A stretch of 59,139 nucleotides of DNA, the filler included, from Trichosphaerium sp. ATCC 40318 (lineage: Eukaryota > Protista > Tubulinea): assembly GCA_038496445.1 (NCBI GenBank). It is 3 parts of 3 records of this genome, joined end to end, with 100 filler letters (N's around TTAATTAATTAA, not from the genome) between each part and the next. Parts side by side here need not be neighbours in the genome. Positions count along the whole stretch, not along the records: positions 48,864 to 59,139 come from JALMLS010000151.1; 2 more parts are not named here. One strand, written 5' to 3'. Position numbers and translations under genes: made by a program. Below, piece after piece: positions 50,099 through 59,139 of the stretch. The notes beneath the pieces were generated by a model. The model had not been told where the DNA came from and searched no databases. It worked only from the letters and a program-made list of their open reading frames with translations. How positions within the stretch are numbered: position 1 is the first letter of the stretch; each line of letters opens with the position of its first letter.

Positions 50099-52484
50099 CC
50101 TTGATTTATGAAAAGTCAAAAAAGTAAAATGAGGCTTTTTTTCCCCCAATAATTGCGTTGAGAAATAGACAGGAAAATTTCGTGTTTCGAAATGTGAATC
50201 GGAAATTTCGCCTGTTTAAAAAAAGTAAGAAAAAAATGAGAATTTGACAGTTTGCAAGATTGTTGATGAGGTCCTGGGTTTGTAAAAAACCCTATCTTGC
50301 TGTAACCCTACAGGGAGATTGTATGTGCAAAAAACATAAAAAAAAGCCAAAAAAATCGAAAAAATTTTACAACAGGGTAGAGTAGTGTACAAAAAAATAC
50401 AGTTGGTACATACTCCTAAACCCTAACCCTAGTATCAGTGAATTAGGGTTTTGTACACTAGGGCTTAGGGGTTTAAACCCTAATGTTCGCTGATTCTCAT
50501 TCAGTGAACCAACTACCAAAAAAGGCAAGTCTTGCTCATTAAGCGAAAATATACACTAAATATTAAAAAACTTAGTACTTCTACAAAAACACCTCATAAC
50601 TATACACCAAGGCAATATAAATGACTCATACTTTATAGACAATAAATCAAGGCATATTGACATAAGATACATCAAGCGCTACATGTATGATGATATACAT
50701 GGCGAGTAATCAAAGCAACCCTAATGGATAAAACTATAAAATGGCAAAAAATATTTATTTGCTATCACTACTAAATACCATGATCATTTAGAACTAAATC
50801 ATTGTTATTTCTATGTAGCTACAATATAATACTTTATAAAAATATATTGTATGATAACATAGATGATATTAAAACTGTTATTTATATCATTTTTTAATAC
50901 AAATAGCATTTTTGCATGTTGACATTGAGAAAAAACCTTTATTTTAGCACTAAGATGATATATTCTTTTATAAAAAGTATGTTATATATCTAATAATCAA
51001 ATATAAAAACAATTATGTATGTAATTTTAACATAAGTGGCCTTGATAGGCCTATATACCACAAAAAAAAATAAAAAACCTATAATTCTCAATAAAACATC
51101 TGTGTTGCTGCATTAAAAACATCTACTGTATTCATGTTTCACAAGTCATCAACCACCATGCTTGAGATCATGTATGTGCAATAGATTGCAAATATATGAT
51201 ATAAGTCCAACAAAATAGATGAATTACATAAACACACACCAAAAAAATTATTGGCACTATAAAAAGCTCTATGCCAATATAATTTTACATCCATGATAAC
51301 ATTTTCAAATGGATAGAAAGTAGCCATATAACAAAGATATATGGCATCAAGAGGTACCATGGAGGCAAAGCTGTTTTTGGCAAAAATGGCATTTTTTTGG
51401 TTTTTTTACCATAAAGTATGATTGTAGGTAGCTTCATCAAAATCATCTATGTATATATAATAAATTACAAGATGATGCCATGATGTTTGTTAATAGGAAA
51501 ATGAAGAATCGCACACCATAGATAATATATGGGGGGCCTGGTGCATCAACGAACAATATCATCATTTTTGGCCAAAAAGGGCACGAACTCAAAATGCTTC
51601 TAAGCCTTCAAATCCAACCATCATTTTAGTTTTTAAGTAGGCTTATATAAAGTATATTAAGATGGCATAACAATTAAAGTAAATATTCATAGGGGGTATG
51701 GTGAACGACCACTAAAAAATGAAAAAATGGAGGAAATTTCTACATTTTCCTGATTTTGGATTGCATATATGCCACCCCACCAAATAAACTATATACCTCT
51801 TATTATTACTATGCCAAGTACTATATATCCTCAGTCGCCATCGATCCATCATGTAGTTGGCCGTGACCATTTTCGAAAATATATGCTATAAAAGGTAAAA
51901 CATATAAATTAATTAATAACTATTCATGATGGATAGGTATGACAAAATAGATGAATGCATTGGATTCCTTGAGCAAAATGGCATATATGTATATGTATAA
52001 GTCAACTATAGGTGATCATGTAACTACGGCCTCAAAGCAAAGATGTATCCAATTTTTTGCTAAAAAAATCCCATTGGAAAAATCAAAAAAAATCCAAAAA
52101 TCAAAGAATGGCTCACCAAATCGACATATACTGCTATAAAATCCTACAAACCACCAGCGATCGGGTAATTTATGCCAATGTATAAGGTACAAAAAACGAA
52201 ATTGGCTTAAGCAATATGATAAGGTATGCGATAATGCATGGTTCAAATTAAATCCCTAACCCTAACCCTGCCAACATTTGCCAATATTGTTGTTTGGGAT
52301 TTTTTTACAAATCCCAAGAAATTCCTTATTTTAATGGAATATAGCAGAAATCCCATCAAAAATCCTATTGAAAATTCAGATTGCTTAGGGATTTTTTCCA
52401 CAATTCCGTTAAAATCCTTAAAAAACACGGAATTTAACAGGATTCCAGAGGAAAATCCCGTTTTTAATTTACTACTGATGTGCT

Positions 52485-53959
52485 ATGCTTTTTGGTGGAC
52501 AGAGAAGACAAATAGTTGCCAACATCAAGATAACTGATCTCAAATTTGGACCCAACAACACATTGGAATCTACATTAGGCATTGAAAAAAGACCAAGGAA
52601 AAACAATGCCTCAGCACTTTCGGTACGTGCATTCGACACGCGTTTCGCATGTCGTTCGGGTTCCGAATTCAGACCGTCTTTGAACAATCATATTTCTTGT
52701 TGTTGAATATTTGCATTTTTTTCTCCTTTTTCTATTTTCACAGTCAAACAAACACTACAGGCTACATGTTCGACGCATGTGCGGACGCGGCCCGAGCTCG
52801 TACGATACGTCACAAGTACAACGCATGTGCGGACGCGACCCGAGCTCGGACCTCCCGTTTACACGCGTTGACCTGTGCGAGCGCACTTTCTCAAATGTCT
52901 TTTTATATAGTACTAACTTGTCTTTATCACACAGATGGACACCAACTTATTCACCTATGTTGCTCTTTGGTTCAACTCTTACAGAAAGCTATTGCTCATT
53001 CCTGAAGCTGAGCATCCTGTCATTCAATTTTGGGTCAACTTGAATGGTTCTGCAATGTCCAACAACTCAATAGGAAAAATGATCAAATATGTTGGCAAAG
53101 CCTTCAACCCCCACATCACCAACCTGACCTGCTCCACTGTCAGACACCTGACCCTAACTAAACTCTATGCTGGAGAATTTGCTGAAAGATCTAATTTGAA
53201 CTTTCCTCAACTTGGCAGAGACATAACAAGACTGTTGAACACTTCTTTGGCAACTGCAGAAAAGTACTACAATGACTATGACTCTCAAAAACAAGATGAG
53301 TAAGTTACTTAAGACAATCGAAACGCATGTTCGTTCGTTAGTTCGTGTGTCACGTTGGCTCCCCCTTCTCATCTTTTTTGTGTAGGAATACTTTGGCCAT
53401 GATCAACAGAGAAGTTTTAGGAGATCTTGCTGATACAATCCAACCAAGTTCAGTCCTTGTCAACCTTGCCCAAAAAGCTGTGTTGCCTTTGATAGAAAAA
53501 GATATTTTGTCTAGACCAATTAGAGTAACACCCAGCTTAAGGCAAAACATGAGTATAGAGGAAGCTTTTTTTTATGATCCTTGTGGCCAACATATTCACT
53601 TTGACAAAGGTATGGATCTGAAATTTGTGGTTTATTTGTTGTGTTTTCACTATTAACTCATTTGGCTCTTTATTTAAGATGAACACAAAATATCTAAAGT
53701 GTTGTCCATATTTTCGAATGGCGATGGCATCTTAACATGCAAAGTCATGTTGGCGAACGACGAAATCACTGTTTGGCCATTTGATAGAGTCAGCCAACAC
53801 AACATAGCTGCATTGAAAGCTTGCATCAAGGATTCCTTTACCAAATGGCAAACCAACTTTGCCAAAGTAAAAAATGAGCTTGAAAGCACAACAAAAAAGC
53901 TGGTAGAAGCAGAAACCAAGCTGTTGCTTCAAAAACAAGAAGAATTGAATGTCAATTGA
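52485..53959 (+). CDS. Tyrosine recombinase catalytic domain (spliced, apparently 5'-truncated) with C-terminal extension
   Basis: Exons 52485-52622, 52935-53299, 53386-53609, 53679-53959 join in frame. Motifs GGQRRQI (R), EKRPR (K), FWVNLNG, TCSTVRH (R-H), LLNTS..AEKYY (Y). Confidence 0.75.
52770..52890. repeat. Intronic CCGAGCTCG(G) array in YR intron 1
   Basis: Cores at 52792 and 52840 (48 bp apart). Confidence 0.85.
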
Positions 53960-54086
53960 AACAAAAAGCTACTATAATGAACAACAACAGTCAACAAACA
54001 ACTAAACAACTAATAAAAACCAAAACTTTTTTTTTTAATAATTATTTTTTATTTGCTAGCTACTAGGTATCATTTGCCATAAACTT

Positions 54087-57000
54087 TTATTCCTCCATTT
54101 GATCAAACAAATCTTGGCTGTTGTTGAAGTTCGCATTCGTTTGCGTGTCGTCGGCGGTCGGCGCTTGCTCGTCGTCTAGGTTCGCATCCGTTTGCATGTC
54201 GTCGGCGGTCGGCAGCTGGCTGTCTGGAACAACTATGTCATCTTGACTATCCTCTTCATCATCATTGTTGTTGTCATCTTTAGACAAGAGCTTTGCTTTT
54301 TTGGCCCTGGTGGTCACACCATCAACATTTGCAGGGCCATCTGCCTTTCTTTTGTGTTTCCTCACTACTAATGTACCTCTTCTTTTAGGCTGGGGAACAT
54401 CTGGAGCAATAATATTCTCTGACTGAGGTGGTTGAAGTTGACTAGAAGCTATAGGTGTTACCTCAGCAAGTGGTATAGCATCTGTTCCAGCATTTGTTGA
54501 AGTAATTTGGCCAACAGGTGCAACAGGTTCAACAACAACATTTTCCAAAGCACTTGCAATTGATGGAACACCCTGATTATCTTTTGCAGCCTCATCTTCA
54601 TCAAAAGATGGTGGTTCATCAAAGTCTTCTTCAGTAATGTTTGCAGCTGCAATAAAAAAGGTAAGTACAAATTAAATACAAAGAACAGAGGAAATGAAGG
54701 TGGACGAACAGGTCAACGCATGTAAAGAGGCGTTCCGAGCTCGGAACCAAACTAACAGGTAAAGTGCGTGTAAAGTCGCGTTCCGAGCTCGGAAGGTGAA
54801 CGAACAGGTCAAGCGCGTGTAAAGTCGCGTTCCGAGCTCGGAAGGTGAACGAATAGGTAAAGTGCGTGTGAAATCGCGTTCCGAGCTCGGAACGTAAGAG
54901 AACAATCGATACGTATGTTTAACAACAGCCGTCGAAAAAACAACAGGTATCCTATTATTCTCCATCACCCACAACCTTCACCCACAAACAAAAAAACCTA
55001 TACTCTAACTTATTAACCTACCTTTAAAAAGCATTTTTGCCATCACATTATCTGCTGGAACCACCAATGTAATGTGAAGGTCTTGTTTCACTTTTTTCAA
55101 TGTAACATCCTCTGATGCTCCTGCCCAAACATTCAATCTCTTTCTGGTCACTTTTGTAAACTCTTTCAAAGCAACTAAATGTTCTTTGTATTTCCTCTCC
55201 CTTGTTCTAGGAGTGTCATCCATGAATAAACCTCCATAATTAGACTCAGAGCCAATTGAAGCTGTTTTTGTTGGAGTAGTTGGGGCATTTTGCTCTGTAG
55301 ATGAGGCATCTGGCTTTCCTCCATCTTGGCTTGGATCTTTTGGGCCTGTAGGTATTGTGGTTGGTCCTGTCAAAACAGTACCAGTAGTAAGGTTTGAAGA
55401 AACATTGCTTGAAGTAAGAGCTGGTTCTTTTTCACTCATTTGAGCACCACCAACAGGGGAAGTAGGTTCAATGGGTGTTAAAGGTGCTAAAAAGGGGAAA
55501 AAAGTTAGTTGTGCAAGCTGGTTCGCCGAAAATATACAAACGTCCGTTTGTATGTACCTGGTGGCTTATTGATTGGCTGGACAGTTTGTTGGTTGGTTGA
55601 TTTGTTGGTGTCAGTGGTATTTGAAACAACTGAAGCACCACCAACATTAGAGGAAGCCTGAATGGTTGCCAAAGGTGCTAGAATAAACAAAGTTAGTGGG
55701 ACAACTAGATACAATCGGGCGGCTAACAGCCATGCGCGTGTACCCGGCGGTCCGACGGAGGTTTTATTGGCACCACCAACTGTCAATGTAGCAATCTTAA
55801 TGTTACTTCTTTTGCTTTTCCTTCTTCTTGGAGATTTTGTTGTTGGCTTTGCTTTGGTTAAATCTTCTACATCTGTTTCTCCTGTTTTTTTGTTTTTGTG
55901 GCTTCTGGCATTTTTAGTATTGCCACTTTTAACCTCTTTGAAATGGCTATAACTTTCAATCATCTTTTGCTCCAATGCATCCCCTGTCGAAAACGAGTCA
56001 TTACAAACGATCGCGTGTGCGCGAACGGCGCTACTTAGTCGAATGAAATAAAAACCATCACTTACTGTTAGCTTTAACCAAGTTAGAGTCTGCACATATC
56101 ATAGCCTCCATTGCAGTGTGTGAAAACTGCAATTTGTCCAAGGAGCCCTTGATATTAAAATCATAGTACACTGCATCACTAGTCTTCTTTGGTGTGAACA
56201 ATAGCTCTGGATCATATACCAACAATTGCTTTAATATGCCATCAGACAACTCTGCTGCATATTCAGACAAAGACCATTCATCTTCAATATCAACAGGGGT
56301 TTCATCATCTATCATGTGGGTCCACCCAAGATTTTTCAGCTCTGTTAAAGCTTGTACTGTAAACTTTCTGCAAAGGTTATACCTGACAAAAAAATAGTTT
56401 TGTGATGTTGTAGGGTATAAACCATGTGTTATTGCTTTGCAAAACTATTCAAAAAAATAAGAGTTGGTGTAACTTTACCATGTGATACTTACTGATATTC
56501 TTGCAGCCAGAGGTAGGTCATTCCAAGCACCATGACTAAAATGCCTGATAGTATATCCTGGTATGGTCTTACTTTGCTACAAAAACCATGAGCAACAGCT
56601 TTTTTTTGACAAACAAGGAACTAAAAACCCACTTTTATAAAACAGATTTTCATAAATGTAATGCATGTAAAATGACGTTCCGAGCTCGGAGCGTACGCGA
56701 ACATACGTCATGCGTGTAGAAAGACGGTCCGAGCTCGGAGCGCCCGCGAACATGCGCAATGTGTGTCGAACGACGATCCGAGCTCGGAACGCCCGCGAAC
56801 ATGCGCAATGTGTGTCGAACGACGATCCGAGCTCGGAACGCCCGCGTACATGCGCAATGCGTGTCGAACGACGATTCGAGCTCGGAACGTTCGCGTACAT
56901 ACATTATGCGTGTATAAAAGGGCATAATAAATAAAATACACTTACCCTTTTATCCACCACAGAAGTCATTTGTGTCCTCACTATTGCAGGCACAGGCATG

Positions 57001-59139
57001 AAAAACAATCCAGATTTGATGATCTCTGCTGTTTTGCTTTCACTCAGACCACCAAATTTACCTTTTAAACTGTCTTGTGTCTAATAATCAAAACAATTAG
57101 TTATGTCATTAGTAAAAAAAATAATGTTCAGGGGCTAATAAATGGACATACCAAATGTATTAATTTTGTTTTATATTTAATAGACCTTGCAATACTCCAC
57201 TTCCGTTTGTTTATCCTGTTGTCCTTTACCTTGGGATCTGCATGATAGTCATATTTCAGGTTAGCAAGTGTCATGAATGTCCCCAAGGCAGCTATGCACT
57301 TATCCACCAATGTATGCTTTGTGACTTTGGTTTGGTCTTCATTCAGCTTGGAGCAATATGTTGATATGGCATTTAAACCCTTAAAAGGATTAAACCATGT
57401 CAACTGCTTTCCCAATTTAAAATTGCTGACAGAGTTGGTCCTGGCATTTGTTGGACTTGGTTTGCTAAAACAAAAATGTCAGGCAAGCGCAACGTCTGTG
57501 CGACTGCGTTCGATCGTGACGTACCAGAGAGCTGTCAACAAGCAATGAGCTCCATCAACAACACCAAACCCAGGTGTTTTTACCCCATTATAGATCACAG
57601 GGTTATATGTCAATATCAAAGGTTTGAGATGAGTATCTTTTAGTTCCATCTTGTCCAAGATATTTCTAGTGTTTACTGATCTGACATCCATAAAACACAC
57701 AATATGAGACATTTCATCAGCTTTTGGTTCAATATCCCCAGGAAGTAGTAGGTCTTCTACTTTCATGCCATCTTTAGCTGCTGTATGATTTAAAGCTTCT
57801 AGATCCTTTTTATCAATCAAACACAGATTCATTGACTCATGTGCTTTAGTGCAACTAATATAGAAGTAAGTACAATATCAAAGAGTAAACGAAAATATAC
57901 ACATGCGGTCGGCATGTTCGTTCGGACGTACGACATGAATTCATCAAAATCAGCAGCTTGCTGAAAGGATAGTGAGTTTCTGGCATACACCATCAACAGT
58001 GCAGCATAGTATTCAGAATCTGTCAGATTTAATGCTGTGGCCTCATACAATTGCTCTGTCCAAATAACAATCTGCCAATATAATATTCTTTCCACACAAG
58101 TATTATACCAAGTCTGTTTGTCCATTTCTCCATCATAGGCCATAGGCTCCCACCACTCAGAAGGAGCTTCATTAAAAGTATTTATCACTTTGTTTAAGAA
58201 TGTTGCCAAAGAGTCTTTGGTATCAAAGTGAGGAAATCTTATCTAAAAAAAACAAACAATGTCAGCATCAACAATTCTGATAAATAAGTAGACTAAAAAG
58301 GCATGTGTGCTAACCTTCCGAGCTCGGAACGCTACCGGACAAGAAAACGCGTGTAAGTATACGTTCCGAGCTCGGGACGTGCGTTTACATACATAGACCT
58401 GTTTGGATTTCGTTCCTAGCTCGAAACGCTATCATAAAAGAAAAATGCATGTTAACATTGGTCCCGAGCTCGGACCGCTATCACACAATAAAAACGCGTG
58501 TAAGGTATAGGTTCCGAGACTGGGACCCTACGTGACAAGTGTGTGTTTATGAAAGGGAAAATACATACCTTGAACAAATTTGATAGCTGCTCTGGATCAT
58601 TCAAATCACATGCTGCAGCCAATGTATTTGTAAAACTGAGTGAAAAACTATTGCTCAAAATATTTTCCAATTGCTCTAAAGGCATACTTCTGACATGTAC
58701 TTGGGTAATATCTTTGTCTGGTAAAATTGCTTCTCTAAATACATGTAAATAAAACATTGAAAGGAACAAAAGTATATGAGAATCTAACAAAGCAACATAC
58801 AAAAACCCAATGGCAATACCATCCTCTTTGCCCAACAGAGTGCCAATAGCTTTCTTCCAATTCAAGCGTGAATTTATATTTGCCAATATAAACCAGCCAA
58901 TACCTTTGGGCTCTGGAACTAGTGTAAAAGTTAGTCATAGTCAACAATAAACAAGTTAAAATAGAAATATCAACTAAATATATAAAACAATGTATGTAAA
59001 CGTACGTTCCGCGCTCGGAACGTATCCAAACAGGTCAACGTATGTAAACGTACGTTCCGAGCTCGGAACGTAACCAAACAGGTCAACGTATGTAAACGTA
59101 CGTTCCGAGCTCGGAACGTATCCAAACAAGTCAACGTAT
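54087..59139 (-). CDS. Large orphan multi-exon gene (start beyond window) with a weak ParB-like motif and low-complexity S/T/P/D-rich C-terminus
   Basis: Open exons join across GT-AG introns (e.g. FMS|CTKAHESMNLCL). KPLIL..GFGVVDGAHCLLTAL at ~57530-57625. Stop 54087-54089, convergent with the YR gene. Not all junctions verified. Confidence 0.6.
54710..54895. repeat. Intronic palindrome array, 4 units
   Basis: CGTTCCGAGCTCGGAA cores at 54735, 54783, 54832, 54881. Confidence 0.95.
56660..56915. repeat. Intronic palindrome array, 5 units of 49 bp
   Basis: Cores at 56680, 56729, 56778, 56827, 56876. Confidence 0.95.
58310..58530. repeat. Intronic palindrome array, 5 units with heterogeneous spacers
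   Basis: Cores at 58318, 58366, 58415, 58464, 58514. Confidence 0.9.
58990..59139. repeat. Intronic palindrome array, at least 3 units of 48 bp (truncated by window end)
   Basis: TACGTTCCGAGCTCGGAACGTA cores at 59009, 59057, 59105. Confidence 0.95.

Larger units (their letters stand above)
48864..59139. mobile_element. Putative large tyrosine-recombinase element (ends not in window)
   Basis: Abrupt composition change (CpG-poor exons, CpG-rich intronic palindromes), YR gene, orphan genes sharing one intronic motif. Confidence 0.6.

Noticed and set aside
56577-56941. Overlapping repetitive ORFs (RGRSELGSSF.., FRARIVVRH..)
   Set aside because: Translations of the intronic 49-bp repeat, open in several frames on both strands.
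54710-59139. CRISPR array interpretation of the palindrome-spacer arrays
   Set aside because: Spacers within most arrays are near-identical, the arrays lie in spliceosomal introns and no cas genes are present.

Overview
Eukaryotic, AT-rich, intron-dense scaffold. Introns are mostly 40-80 nt with GTACGT/GTAAG donors and the gene content is protist-like; the organism cannot be named from sequence alone. Two N-gaps (27284-27383, 48764-48863) carry an artificial TTAATTAATTAA linker. Left part (1-27 kb) is host genes: RasGEF, DUF2306-like, F-box/LRR, LamG membrane protein, DBH/MOXD1-like monooxygenase, RmlD-like reductase, PPR-TrmB fusion, PA+TM protein, MORN protein, pepsin-like protease, repeat+PD-(D/E)xK nuclease protein and a divergent EF1B. 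It also holds a SelN-like selenoprotein with in-frame TGA and a canonical SECIS that the ORF track misses. Middle part: an ankyrin-PARP gene with one repeat per exon; a full-length Ty3/gypsy element with identical 81-bp LTRs, a -1 frameshift pseudoknot, three leader pseudoknot-like repeats and a nested 1060-bp TIR element; a Crinkler-like REase-kinase; and an IMP peptidase. Right part (48.9-59.1 kb) is the best candidate for an undescribed system. It is a CpG-depleted block encoding a spliced tyrosine recombinase and a large convergent gene with a weak ParB-like motif. Its larger introns carry arrays of the palindrome CGTTCCGAGCTCGGAACG phased at 48-50 bp, with spacers in both orientations. 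Gene models were spliced by eye and most ends are approximate.
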